64,000 nt of DNA from Desulfosudaceae bacterium. GTDB taxonomy: Bacteria > Desulfobacterota > Desulfobacteria > Desulfobacterales > Desulfosudaceae. Both the position numbers and the translations under genes were made by a program. The stretch spans positions 224,001 to 288,000 of the forward strand of contig CAXXDV010000003.1 in NCBI GenBank assembly GCA_963674745.2. The letters are read 5' to 3'. Under the pieces are notes generated by a model, which saw nothing but the letters and a program-made list of their open reading frames with translations, was not told the origin of the DNA and searched no databases. This document shows, piece by piece, positions 26,669 to 36,512 of this stretch; position 1 is the first letter of the stretch; every line of letters starts with the position of its first letter.

Positions 26669-28165
26669 CTAAAACCGGAAATAAATAAATGGATTATAGG
26701 CCCCGTTATATAGATGTATCATGGAAAGAAACATGACAAGGCCGCCCCATACCAGAAGTGATGCCTGTAACAAGGTATAACACGGGTTGAAGCCGCCCTG
26801 CCGAGGCTGCCATTGCTGTTTCAAACGGGTAAAGGCGACAACCGGCAGGCCGGTGGCAGCCACCACGCCCACGATCATGGAAAGCAATACCGGAGCAGAG
26901 GCGAATTCCGAAAAAGAGCGGGCATAAGCGTAAGAACCCGGGTCGCCCAGAAGGGCTCTGGTATAAAGCCAGGCCTGGCTCATATCTTCGGACCGGAAAA
27001 CGATCCAGCCGGTCATTACGACCAGCAACGCGTATCCATGCCGGAAGACGTGAGGTGTCCGCTGGAGAACGCGTTCAAATCCGGCCCGTTCAATAACCAG
27101 GAACAGACCGTGCCAGCCCCCCCAGAGCACAAAGTTCCAACTGGCGCCATGCCACAATCCGCATAGCAGAAAGACAATCCAAAGGTTCAGGTAAGTACGC
27201 CGTTGGCCGGCTCGATTGCCGCCCAGGGGGATGTATAGATAATCCCGCAGCCAGGTGGAAAGGGAAATGTGCCAGCGCTGCCAGAATTCACGGATTGACT
27301 TTGAAATATAAGGATAGTTGAAGTTCTCAGGAAAATGAAAACCCAGCATCAGCCCAATCCCGATGGCCATATCGGAATAGGCGGAAAAATCAAAATAGAT
27401 CTGCAGGGTGTATGCCGCGATGCCCCACCAGGCAACGGCCGTTGAAAGCTGATTCGGGGGCATGTTGAATATGGCGTCAGCCGCCTGGGCGATGATGTTG
27501 GCGAGGAGGACTTTTTTGGCCAGGCCGACAACAAAGCGTCTGGCACCGGCTGCGAATTGTGACCGCTCATTGCTTCGTTTGACAAGTTCGGCGGAAATTT
27601 GATTGTAGCGGACGATGGGGCCTGCCACCAGCTGGGGGAACATGGAAATATAACAGGCCAGCTGGTCAAAGCGCCTGGTGGCCACGGCAGTGCCGCGGTA
27701 CACGTCAATGATGTAGCTGAGCGCCTGAAAGGTATAAAAACTGATCCCCAGCGGCAGGCTGATTTCCGCCACATCGCGCAGCCGTGTCGCGTCGATGCCC
27801 AGCCATTGTGCTATGGCGGCAACGTTGTTCAAGGCAAAGTTGGCGTATTTGAAATAACCCAGAAAACCGAGGCATAAAACCACGGTGACAGCCAGAACCC
27901 ATTTGCGGCCGGCAGATTTTCCATTGCCTTCACCGCTCTGCGTTTCTGCCTCACCGTTGCTCAATAGAATACCGGCAATCCACACCACAGCGATCAGGGC
28001 CACCATTCCGATTACCAGTTGCGGTTCACCCCAGGCGTAAAATATGAGGCTGAAGACCAGTAAAACCCCGTTGCGCAATCGTACAAACCGGGCAGGCACC
28101 AGAAAATATGCGGCCAGCATTAACGGTAAAAAAAAATGCAGGAATATAAGCGAACTGAAAACCAT
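26669..28165 (-). CDS. algI: MBOAT O-acyltransferase (AlgI/PatA-like)
   Basis: MVFSS, LPLGISFYTFQ, FPQLVAGPIVR, YFDFSAYSDMAIG, FWQRWHISLS, GLWHGA, FIYFRF. Confidence 0.9.
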   Translation of the reverse strand: MVFSSLIFLHFFLPLMLAAYFLVPARFVRLRNGVLLVFSLIFYAWGEPQLVIGMVALIAVVWIAGILLSNGEAETQSGEGNGKSAGRKWVLAVTVVLCLGFLGYFKYANFALNNVAAIAQWLGIDATRLRDVAEISLPLGISFYTFQALSYIIDVYRGTAVATRRFDQLACYISMFPQLVAGPIVRYNQISAELVKRSNERSQFAAGARRFVVGLAKKVLLANIIAQAADAIFNMPPNQLSTAVAWWGIAAYTLQIYFDFSAYSDMAIGIGLMLGFHFPENFNYPYISKSIREFWQRWHISLSTWLRDYLYIPLGGNRAGQRRTYLNLWIVFLLCGLWHGASWNFVLWGGWHGLFLVIERAGFERVLQRTPHVFRHGYALLVVMTGWIVFRSEDMSQAWLYTRALLGDPGSYAYARSFSEFASAPVLLSMIVGVVAATGLPVVAFTRLKQQWQPRQGGFNPCYTLLQASLLVWGGLVMFLSMIHLYNGAYNPFIYFRF

Positions 28166-28198
28166 TGTCGTTAAGAAACTGTTTATTAATAAAAAGGT

Positions 28199-28351
28199 TG
28201 ATGTAGTCGTAAAAAGTCATCATTTGGATGGCAAAGTAAAAAGTTCAAGATCAAGGCGCGCAAATCCTGAGGAATGCAGCGTACATAGAAGTACGTGAAA
28301 TTCCGAAGGATGAAGCGCAACGCAGATATTGAACTTTTTACGACGCCATCA
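28199..28351. mobile_element. MITE family A copy 1 (ends TGATG..GTAAAAAG / CTTTTTAC..CATCA)
   Basis: Terminal inverted repeats; AGGT direct repeat at 28195-98 and 28352-55; homologous to 31595 and 61876. Confidence 0.8.
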
Positions 28352-28479
28352 AGGTTAACGATCTGTTTTTGTTGCATAGTCAATAACAGCGGTCCCATTT
28401 CTTGTCAATGCTTTTTCTCCACCCCGGGTTCTGACGAAAATATTGACACCCGCGGACGCCCTTGTTATGGATAATGGCC

Positions 28480-29250
28480 ATGAGTCAGAAGGAATCGATT
28501 AATAATCTTAAAGAAAAATTTAAAAGCCTTGGTAAAAAATCCAGGTCTTTTGTAAACAGATACACTATGGCAAATAACGACAAAATACTGTTTGTGCATA
28601 TCCCTAAAACGGCCGGGATATCAATCTATAATGCCCTGGCCGAAGCCGTCGGAGGACATGACCGGGCGATACGTTTCCCAAGGAATTCAGAAGAAGAAAG
28701 AGAAAAGTACCTCTCCATGACCAGGACAGAGGTACGGTCATATAACCTTTTATCCGGGCATTTCCCGCTCCCCTTTTTCTTAAGACAGCCAATTTCCGAT
28801 TACAAAGCGGTCACGGTGTTCAGAAACCCGGTGGACCGTGAACTTTCAGCTTATTTTTACATTAAAACGGATCCGGATCATCCTTTAAATACGGAGTGGT
28901 TCAGGTCTTTAAATTTGTATCAATATATCGAGCATCGTCAAGAAAAAGGCAATGCCAACCCGCAGTGCCTGTTCATGTGCGGCGAAAGGTCATTTGAAAA
29001 GGCAAGAAAAGCCGTTGATGAACAGCTTTTCCTGACGGCACCGCTTGATTATGTTAAAGACTTTCTGGAGGTGCTTGCAAAGCGGCTGGAGATTCCCATT
29101 AATCCCCCTGAGAGAGCCAATAAAACCTCTTTCCGCCTGACAGTTGACGAAATCCACCCGGACATTAAAGCCGGGTTTGAATCGTTGACCCGGGAGGACC
29201 AAAAGCTTTACGAATATGTTAAGGAGAAGTTTGAAAAAGAATTTCTTTAA
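28480..29250 (+). CDS. Sulfotransferase family protein
   Basis: FVHIPKTAGIS, SGHF, FRNPVDRELSAY; more AT-rich than its neighbours; start uncertain. Confidence 0.87.
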   Translation: MSQKESINNLKEKFKSLGKKSRSFVNRYTMANNDKILFVHIPKTAGISIYNALAEAVGGHDRAIRFPRNSEEEREKYLSMTRTEVRSYNLLSGHFPLPFFLRQPISDYKAVTVFRNPVDRELSAYFYIKTDPDHPLNTEWFRSLNLYQYIEHRQEKGNANPQCLFMCGERSFEKARKAVDEQLFLTAPLDYVKDFLEVLAKRLEIPINPPERANKTSFRLTVDEIHPDIKAGFESLTREDQKLYEYVKEKFEKEFL

Positions 29251-29330
29251 AAAAATGGTAAAGTGCTATAATTTGTTCAGAATTGGCATTTGGGGGAATT
29301 CCTGGCCGGGCAGAATAAGAAAGAGGGGTT

Positions 29331-30398
29331 ATGGGACAATTGAATGACAAACGGGTACTGGTGACCGGCTGTTGCGGTACGGTCGGCGGAGAACTGGTCC
29401 GCCAACTGCTGTCGGACTATGCCGTTAAAGAACTGGTGGGGCTGGACAACAATGAAAGTGAACTGTTTTTTACCCAGCAGCGCTACAATGATTATTCGGC
29501 GCATTTTTTTCTGGCTGATGTCCGGGACCAGCAACGTTTGATACGGCTGTTTTCAGGGGTGGATATCGTTTTTCATGCGGCTGCTTTCAAACACGTTATC
29601 CTGTGCGAGGTGTCGCCGTTCGAAGCCGTTCAGACCAATATCAACGGTGTACAGAATGTTATCCTGGCCGCTACTGAAAACCGGGTCAAAACAGTTGTGT
29701 TTACCAGCTCGGACAAGGCCGTCAACCCGACCAATGTCATGGGGACCTCCAAGCTGATGGGCGAACGGTTGATGACGGCCGCCAACAGTAACCTGCGCGG
29801 TGGTTTATCGGCGTTTATTTCCACCCGTTTTGGAAACGTTCTCGGGTCCCGGGGATCGGTAATTCCCATTTTCAGGGATCAGATCCGCAAGGGCGGGCCG
29901 GTTACCATTACTGACGAGGAGATGACACGGTTTATCATGAGTATCCGACAGGCAGTGCAGCTGGTCATTGATTCCGTGGCCCTTGCCAGGGGTGGCGAAG
30001 TCTTTGTCACCAAGATGCCGGTTATCCGCATCCTGGATCTGGCCCATGTCATGATCGCAGAACTGGCGGGAAATTATGGCCATTCGCCGGAAGATATAAA
30101 GATCGAAATCATCGGTAGCAAGCCCGGTGAGAAACAATACGAAGAACTGATGACCGGTGAGGAGGTTCGCCGTTGTGTTGAACTGGAGCGGTATTTCGTG
30201 GTCAAGCCGGCCTTTACCTCACTTTACCGGGACCTGACCTATTCCTATCCCGATGTGATCAACGGCGTGGTTGACCGGCCTTATCATTCGGCCAATGAGC
30301 CCGCCCTGGACCGTGAGCAGCTGCGCCGTTTCCTGATCGATAACGAACTGCTGGAGGGTGAGGAAGAAGATACGTTCCGGCCGGACAGGCGCTATTAG
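29331..30398 (+). CDS. Nucleotide-sugar 4,6-dehydratase (short CapD/PseB-like SDR)
   Basis: VTGCCGTVG, FHAAAFKHV, SSDKAVNPTNVMGTSK, RFGNVLGSRGSV, GSKPGEK. Confidence 0.9.
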   Translation: MGQLNDKRVLVTGCCGTVGGELVRQLLSDYAVKELVGLDNNESELFFTQQRYNDYSAHFFLADVRDQQRLIRLFSGVDIVFHAAAFKHVILCEVSPFEAVQTNINGVQNVILAATENRVKTVVFTSSDKAVNPTNVMGTSKLMGERLMTAANSNLRGGLSAFISTRFGNVLGSRGSVIPIFRDQIRKGGPVTITDEEMTRFIMSIRQAVQLVIDSVALARGGEVFVTKMPVIRILDLAHVMIAELAGNYGHSPEDIKIEIIGSKPGEKQYEELMTGEEVRRCVELERYFVVKPAFTSLYRDLTYSYPDVINGVVDRPYHSANEPALDREQLRRFLIDNELLEGEEEDTFRPDRRY

Positions 30399-30409
30399 GG
30401 GTTGTGGTT

Positions 30410-31597
30410 ATGTCGAACATTCTGATTCTCGGTGGTGACGGTTATCTGGGCTGGCCGACGGCCATGTATTTTTCCGCCCGCGGCCATGACGTCACGGTGG
30501 TCGATAATTATTTTCGTCGAAATGCCTGTACGGAACTGGATGTGGGCATGCTTTACCCCATCCCGACACTTGTTGCCCGGGCCAAAATCTGGCATGAAAA
30601 AACCGGTAGAGAGATCCGGGTGGTCATCGGCGACCTGACGGACCCCGAGATCATGCGGGGCCTGTTTGACGGCCGGGTGACCTATGTCTGGCCCCCGGAA
30701 AAGGCTTTTGCGGGCATCCCGGAAACGGTTTTTCATTATGCCGAACAACCTTCGGCGCCTTATTCGCTGATCAATTACAAGTATGCCAATATCACGATTA
30801 CGAATAATCTTCTGGTGACCAACAACCTGGTGTTCGCACTCAAGGATTTTGCGCCGTCGACCCATGTGGTCCATATCGGCACCATGGGTGAATACGGCAC
30901 GCCTGATATTGATATTGAAGAAGGATGGCTCGACATCACCCACAAGGGCCGGACGGATCGGTTTCTGTTTCCCCGACAGGCAAGTTCTCTGTATCACACC
31001 ACCAAAATTATGGATACAGACCTGATGTGGTTCGGGGTGCGCATGTGGAACCTGCGGATAACCGACCTGATGCAGGGTCCGGTCTACGGTTTTAAGACCG
31101 AAGAAACCGGCGATGATGAGCGGTTGTACACGCTTTTTAATTATGATGAGATTTTCGGCACCATCATCAACCGGTTTGTCCTTCAGGCGGTTGTCGGGTA
31201 TCCGCTGACGGTTTATGGAAAAGGGGGGCAGACACGCGGTTATCTGAATATTAACGATACCCTGCAATGTGTTTACAAGGCCTTTGAAACACCGGCCAAA
31301 GCAGGTGAACTGCGGATTTTTAATCAGATCATGGAAACCTTTTCGGTCAATGAACTGGCGGAAAAGGTGCGAGCCGTGGGTAGTGCCCGGGGACATGAGG
31401 TGACGGTCGACCATATTGAAAACCCCCGCAAAGAAGCCGAGGAACATTATTACAATCCGGTTTACCAGGGCCTGATTGATATCGGTGTCGAACCCCATTA
31501 TCTGACCGATGAGGTACTGGCATCTTTTTTTGAGGCGGTTGAAAAGTTTCGGGATAATGTGCGTCGGGATGTGATTTTCAGGGGCGTCAAGTGGTGA
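30410..31597 (+). CDS. sqdB: UDP-sulfoquinovose synthase
   Basis: GGDGYLGWPT, HYAEQPSAPYS, GTMGEYGTP, TDLMQGPVYG, YDEIFGT..NRF, PLTVYGKGGQTRG, NPRKEAEEH. Confidence 0.9.
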   Translation: MSNILILGGDGYLGWPTAMYFSARGHDVTVVDNYFRRNACTELDVGMLYPIPTLVARAKIWHEKTGREIRVVIGDLTDPEIMRGLFDGRVTYVWPPEKAFAGIPETVFHYAEQPSAPYSLINYKYANITITNNLLVTNNLVFALKDFAPSTHVVHIGTMGEYGTPDIDIEEGWLDITHKGRTDRFLFPRQASSLYHTTKIMDTDLMWFGVRMWNLRITDLMQGPVYGFKTEETGDDERLYTLFNYDEIFGTIINRFVLQAVVGYPLTVYGKGGQTRGYLNINDTLQCVYKAFETPAKAGELRIFNQIMETFSVNELAEKVRAVGSARGHEVTVDHIENPRKEAEEHYYNPVYQGLIDIGVEPHYLTDEVLASFFEAVEKFRDNVRRDVIFRGVKW

Positions 31598-31733
31598 TGG
31601 CTTCGTAAAAAGCCCAAGATCGGCGTTGCGCTGCATCCTTCGGAACTTCATGTACTTCTATGTACGCTGCATTCCTCAGGATTTGCGCGCCCCAATTTTA
31701 TATCTGGGGCTTGAACTTTTTACTTTGCCATCA
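31595..31733. mobile_element. MITE family A copy 2 (inverted relative to copy 1)
   Basis: tgatggcttcgtaaaaag...ctttttactttgccatca; internal sequence matches the reverse complement of 28230-28350. Confidence 0.8.
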
Positions 31734-31925
31734 GGATTTTGTACGAGGGAGTTAATAGGTGATTATGCTTGACAGTCTGGTGTAGTTTCGTTTAGATCAG
31801 AATGCGAATAAAATTGGGGGCGAACAATAATCATATTGTTTTACCGGGGCTGATCAGCAGGCCCGGCGCCTGGAAAAGGCATGACGCTTTTTCCGGTATT
31901 TCAACACATTACATGGAGGTAAGAA

Positions 31926-32249
31926 ATGATGACAAAGAAATTCGCAGGTTTATTGTGTCTGGTGGTTCTCGCTCTGGTCGCTTTGTCCGGCCCTACGCTG
32001 GCCGACAGTCAGCAAGAAGGACTGGCTGAAAAAATCAACATTAATACGGCATCGGCTGATGCCCTGATGCAACTGAGCGGCGTGGGGCGCGCATACGCCA
32101 ACCGGATTGTTGAATATCGAGAAACGCAGGGATTGTTTTCTCATATTGAAGAAATAAAGAATGTTAAAGGTATCGGTGACAGGATTTTTGAAAAAAATAA
32201 AGATCGTATCACTGTGGAAATCAAAACAAGCAAGAAGACTGATCAATGA
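31926..32249 (+). CDS. comEA: ComEA-family HhH DNA-binding protein
   Basis: GGAGG RBS, signal peptide, ININTAS..L..LSGVG..A.RIVEYR..G.F...EEIKNVKGIG. Confidence 0.88.
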   Translation: MMTKKFAGLLCLVVLALVALSGPTLADSQQEGLAEKININTASADALMQLSGVGRAYANRIVEYRETQGLFSHIEEIKNVKGIGDRIFEKNKDRITVEIKTSKKTDQ

Positions 32250-32415
32250 GGCAGATGATGTAGCATCAGTCGCTGTTTTGTTCGCCCTCGGCAATGTGCG
32301 GTATGGCACTGCGGCATGTACCGCGACCATGCCGCACATTTGTTTTTGACGGCTTCGTAAAAAAAATAATGGAGCCGTCAAACGGCCGTTCGCCCGTTTA
32401 TGGAAAACAGAGTCA

Positions 32416-34344
32416 ATGAAGCGCTTGTATTTTACCAGAAACAGCGTGGTTGTCATTCTGACCGACTTTCTTCTGGTCGGCCTGGCCTTTTATCTGTCTT
32501 TTCTTCTGCGTTTTGATTTTCAGATTCCCCGGCACCATGCCGAGGCGCTGTGGGATGTCTTCCCGCTGGTCCTGCTGATCAAGCCGGTAATTTTTTATTA
32601 TTTTGATTTTTACCGGGGTATGTGGCGATATACCAGTCTTTCCGATCTGTTGAACATCTTTAAAGCAACGATTTTCAGCAGTCTGATTATCGTGGGCGCC
32701 ATATTGTTTCTCAATCGGTTCGAAAATATACCCCGGTCGGTGTTTCTGATTGACTGGCTGCTGACAGGCCTTTTTGTGTCCGGTTTCCGGATCATGATCC
32801 GCTTATATTTTGAATACAGCACCGGCGCCAGGCTGACCGATATTTTCAGGATATTGCTGACCGCTGTTTTTCAACGCGGCAAGGCCGGTGAGACAAAGAA
32901 ATTGTTAATTGTCGGCGCCGGCAATTGCGGCGAAAAAATTCTTCGTGAAGTCCAGTCCGATTCGCGGCTGGGCTATCATGTGATGGGCTTTCTGGACGAT
33001 AACCCCGCCAAGATCGGCATGAAAATCCATGGCGTAACCGTCCTTAACAGCGTCGCCTTCTTAAAAAATATCGTCGCCAGGGAAAACGTCGCCGAAGTCA
33101 TCATTGCTGTCCCCTCGGCAACTTCCGGCCAGATGCGGCAAATCGTCCAGTATTGTGAAGACAGTGGCGTGAAGTACAGAACCGTGCCGGGGTATGCGGA
33201 ACTGGTCAACGGCAGAATCTCGATTTCAGCGGTTCGTGAGGTCGCCTACCAGGATCTGCTGGGCCGGGAGGCGGTTACCCTGGACATCGATCAGATCGGT
33301 GCCTATTTGAGGGGGCAGAATGTTATTATTACCGGTGCGGGCGGTTCCATCGGTTCCGAACTCAGCCGCCAGGTCTGCCGTTTTAATCCCGCCCTGGTGA
33401 TCCTGTTTGAACGGGCGGAAACGTCCCTGTATGAAATTGATCTTGAATTGCGTGATGTCTTCAGGGCCTCGGACATCGACCTGGTAGCGGTGTTAGGAGA
33501 CATCCAGGACCGGCGTCAGCTTGATGCCGTATTTGAAAAATACGCACCCGGCGTGGTTTTTCACGCGGCCGCCTACAAACATGTGCCCATTCTCGAAGCC
33601 CACCCCTGGAAGGCGGTCAAGAATAATATCTGCGGCACGCAGAATCTGGTGGAAATATCGCTTGCGCACCATGTTGAACGTTTTGTTTTTGTGTCCACCG
33701 ACAAGGCGGTCCGTCCCGCCAACGTGATGGGTGCTTCCAAGCGGATTGCCGAGATCCTTTTGCAAAGTCAGGACCACGGCAGTGATGCCGGCACACAGTT
33801 TAAAATCGTCCGTTTCGGCAATGTCATCGGCAGCGCCGGCAGCGTTATCCCTTTGTTTAAAAAACAGATTGCCAGGGGTGGTCCGGTGACGGTGACCCAT
33901 CCGGAAGTGACCCGTTATTTCATGACCATTCCCGAAGCCTGCCAGCTGATACTACAGGCCGGCGCCATTGACAGCCAGCAGGGCAGTAAAACCGAAGTGT
34001 ATATCCTCAAGATGGGCACACCGGTTAAAATTGTAGACATGGCACGTGACCTGATTCGGCTTTCCGGTTTCAAACCTGAAGAGGATATAAAGATTGAGTT
34101 TACGGGCCTGCGTCCCGGTGAAAAGCTATACGAAGAGCTGATGACCGCGGAAGAAGGCCTGGTTCCGACATCGCATACAAAAATTCTGGTGTTAAACGGT
34201 CATGAATCCGACCTGACCGTTTTGAATGAAAAGATTGTCCAGTTGATGAGATCGGCCGAAAACCAGGACGATGAGAAAATCAGGGCCGTTTTAAAAGAAA
34301 TTGTTCCCGAATTTCAACCCGGAGAAAATAATGAGAAACACTGA
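32416..34344 (+). CDS. Membrane-bound UDP-GlcNAc 4,6-dehydratase (CapD/WbpM/PglF family)
   Basis: N-terminal TM helices with YRGMWRY, IVGAG, DLLGRE, TGAGGSIGSE, HAAAYKHVP, STDKAV, TRYFMTIPEA, GLRPGEKLYEEL. Confidence 0.93.
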   Translation: MKRLYFTRNSVVVILTDFLLVGLAFYLSFLLRFDFQIPRHHAEALWDVFPLVLLIKPVIFYYFDFYRGMWRYTSLSDLLNIFKATIFSSLIIVGAILFLNRFENIPRSVFLIDWLLTGLFVSGFRIMIRLYFEYSTGARLTDIFRILLTAVFQRGKAGETKKLLIVGAGNCGEKILREVQSDSRLGYHVMGFLDDNPAKIGMKIHGVTVLNSVAFLKNIVARENVAEVIIAVPSATSGQMRQIVQYCEDSGVKYRTVPGYAELVNGRISISAVREVAYQDLLGREAVTLDIDQIGAYLRGQNVIITGAGGSIGSELSRQVCRFNPALVILFERAETSLYEIDLELRDVFRASDIDLVAVLGDIQDRRQLDAVFEKYAPGVVFHAAAYKHVPILEAHPWKAVKNNICGTQNLVEISLAHHVERFVFVSTDKAVRPANVMGASKRIAEILLQSQDHGSDAGTQFKIVRFGNVIGSAGSVIPLFKKQIARGGPVTVTHPEVTRYFMTIPEACQLILQAGAIDSQQGSKTEVYILKMGTPVKIVDMARDLIRLSGFKPEEDIKIEFTGLRPGEKLYEELMTAEEGLVPTSHTKILVLNGHESDLTVLNEKIVQLMRSAENQDDEKIRAVLKEIVPEFQPGENNEKH

Positions 34345-36046
34345 TGCTGCGCCTGTCGGCGAATCGCTTCTGGTCAACCTTCTGGTTGATGACCATAAAA
34401 GCACGTCTTTAAAAGAACAGGCACTCGGATTTCAGGAGATTATCGTAAACAACAGGCAGTTGTGTGATCTTGACCTGATGGCCACCGGTGTATTTACGCC
34501 TTTATCCGGATTTATGACCCGTGCCGATTACGAAAGTGTGCTCGAGGGGATGCGTCTGGTTGATGGCCGGCTTTTCCCTATCCCTGTCTGCCTTGATGTT
34601 TCTGCGAAGCAGGCGGAGTCTTTTGACATCGGGCAGCCGGTGGCCTTGAGAGACCAGGAGGGGCTGCTGCTGGCGGTTATGACAGTTGAAGATGTATGGC
34701 ACGTGGATCGTAAACGGGAAGCAAAGGCGGTTTACGGTACAACGGACACAAATCACCCGGGAGTGCACTACCTGATGTCCGTATGTAAGGACTGTTACAT
34801 CGGCGGTCGGCTGGAAGTGGTTCAGTTGCCGATTCATTTCGATTCCCGGCAATTAAGGCGAACGCCTCTGGAGATCAGGCAGTTATACAAAAAACTGGGC
34901 TGGCAGCGGATTGTCGGCTTTCATACCCGGCAACCCATTCACCGCCCCCAGTTTGAAATGACCATGCGGGCTATGAGAAGCGCCAGGGCCAACCTGCTTT
35001 GCCTGCCGAGTGTGGGGATGACCGATCCGGGTGATTTTGATCATTATATCCGGGTCAGGTGTTACAAGCGGGTGGCCGACTATTATCCGCTGGATGCTTT
35101 TGTGCTGAACCTGCTCCCCATGGCCATGCGAATGGCCGGGCCAAGGGAAGCACTGCTGCATATGATCATTGCCGCCAATTTCGGGTGTACGGATTTTATC
35201 ATCGGCCCGGATCATGCCAGCCCTGAAAAAAAGGAGAATGGCGGTGTGTTTTATGGGGCCGGACTGGCAGTTGAAACAGCCACCGCTTATTCCGCTGAGG
35301 TGGGGGTTCATGTCATTCCTTTTAATGAAATTGTGTATCTGCCGTTTGAAGACGACTATCTGCCCGTTGACGAGGTGCCCGAAGGCAGTCAGTGTATTTC
35401 CCTGTCCGGTGCAATGATTAAAAAACGGTTGGGAACAGGCAAGAAGATCCCTGAATGGGCGACGTTTCCGGAAGTGCTGGAAGAACTGGAACGGGCCTAT
35501 CCCCCGCCTGCCAAGCAGGGATTTACCGTTTTTCTGACCGGTCTGTCAGGCGCCGGTAAATCAACTGTCGCCAAAATTCTGTACGCCCGCTTTCTTGAAA
35601 TCGGTACCCGGCCCGTGACCCTTTTGGACGGTGATATCGTAAGGCATAATCTGTCCAGTGAGTTGAATTTTTCAAGAGAACACAGGGATATCAACGTCAA
35701 ACGAATCGGCTTTGTGGCCGGTGAAATAACCAAGAATCGGGGTATAGCCATTTGCGCACCCATTGCCCCTTATACCGTCACCCGAAACGAAGTGCGACAG
35801 GTCATCGAGGCCTATGGCGGTTTTATCGAAGTATATATTTCAACACCTATCGCGGAATGTGAAAAGCGGGATCGAAAAGGCATGTACGCCAAGGCCCGGG
35901 CCGGATTGATTACAGGGTTTACGGGTATCGACGATCCTTATCAGGTACCGGAGACACCGGACATTGCGATTGATACCACCAACCTGACACCGGATGAGGC
36001 GGTCCAGGAGATTTTGGTTTTACTCGGTGAGAGGGGCTATATTTAG
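34331..36046 (+). CDS. sat/cysC: Bifunctional sulfate adenylyltransferase / adenylylsulfate kinase (PAPS synthase)
   Basis: F.PL.GFM, MRMAGPREA, DHA; C-terminal TGLSGAGKST, LLDGDIVR, RDRKGMY..AR.G.I.GFTGIDDPY; GGAG RBS before ATG 34331. Confidence 0.93.
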   Translation: MRNTDAAPVGESLLVNLLVDDHKSTSLKEQALGFQEIIVNNRQLCDLDLMATGVFTPLSGFMTRADYESVLEGMRLVDGRLFPIPVCLDVSAKQAESFDIGQPVALRDQEGLLLAVMTVEDVWHVDRKREAKAVYGTTDTNHPGVHYLMSVCKDCYIGGRLEVVQLPIHFDSRQLRRTPLEIRQLYKKLGWQRIVGFHTRQPIHRPQFEMTMRAMRSARANLLCLPSVGMTDPGDFDHYIRVRCYKRVADYYPLDAFVLNLLPMAMRMAGPREALLHMIIAANFGCTDFIIGPDHASPEKKENGGVFYGAGLAVETATAYSAEVGVHVIPFNEIVYLPFEDDYLPVDEVPEGSQCISLSGAMIKKRLGTGKKIPEWATFPEVLEELERAYPPPAKQGFTVFLTGLSGAGKSTVAKILYARFLEIGTRPVTLLDGDIVRHNLSSELNFSREHRDINVKRIGFVAGEITKNRGIAICAPIAPYTVTRNEVRQVIEAYGGFIEVYISTPIAECEKRDRKGMYAKARAGLITGFTGIDDPYQVPETPDIAIDTTNLTPDEAVQEILVLLGERGYI

Positions 36047-36049
36047 TAT

Positions 36050-36490
36050 GGGTTCGGGGTTCGGGGTTCGGGGTTCGAGGTTTGGGGCGCCGGTTTCAGG
36101 GCTTTAAAACATGGTTTTAAAGTTTTAGGGTTTTAAGTGTTATGTGATTAAGTGGTTAAGTGGTTATGTGACTCCCGGATGAGACCGGCAATGCGTTGCG
36201 GGCTGTTGAAAAACGCCATGATCAACTAAAAGAGAAATGTCTGCTGTTCAAAAGCCCTTGCTATTATTGACTTTAGCAAAGCTTGACTTATCGACTCTGC
36301 GCTATTCGGGGTTTTTCAACAGCCCGAATGCGTTGCGAGTGTCCGAAGGACAAGAGCTAACAGAGAAAAGTATATTGTAAGGGCTCAAGGGGAAAAAAAT
36401 GAGTGATTAAGGAATTTAACCCCTTAATCACTTAATCACATAAACACTTAACCACATAAAACCCTAAAACTTTAAAACCTTAAAACCTGG
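36050..36490. repeat. Inverted pair of 7-8-mer microsatellite arms bracketing the intergenic region
   Basis: GGTTCGG and TTTTAGGG/TTAAGTGR arm at 36050-36170; reverse-complement arm at 36420-36490. Confidence 0.8.
36199..36326. mobile_element. 128-bp MITE with 16-bp perfect TIR and 9-bp target duplication
   Basis: cgggctgttgaaaaac / gtttttcaacagcccg; aatgcgttg at 36190-98 and 36327-35. Confidence 0.88.
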
Positions 36491-36512
36491 AAGACGGCCG
36501 GGTGTGCGCCGC

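Noticed and set aside
30395..31651. Long antisense ORFs (also 6969..8078, 13373..14224, 57499..58458, 62088..62870)
   Set aside because: Shadows of well-supported genes on the opposite strand, with no motifs
32247..32260. Other TGA stops as selenocysteine (comEA, sqdB, pilX, glpB)
   Set aside because: Proteins are complete at those stops and show no conserved continuation
34331..36046. Dissimilatory sat
   Set aside because: Fused to APS kinase, located in a sulfotransferase-rich glycan locus, and no aprAB/qmo nearby
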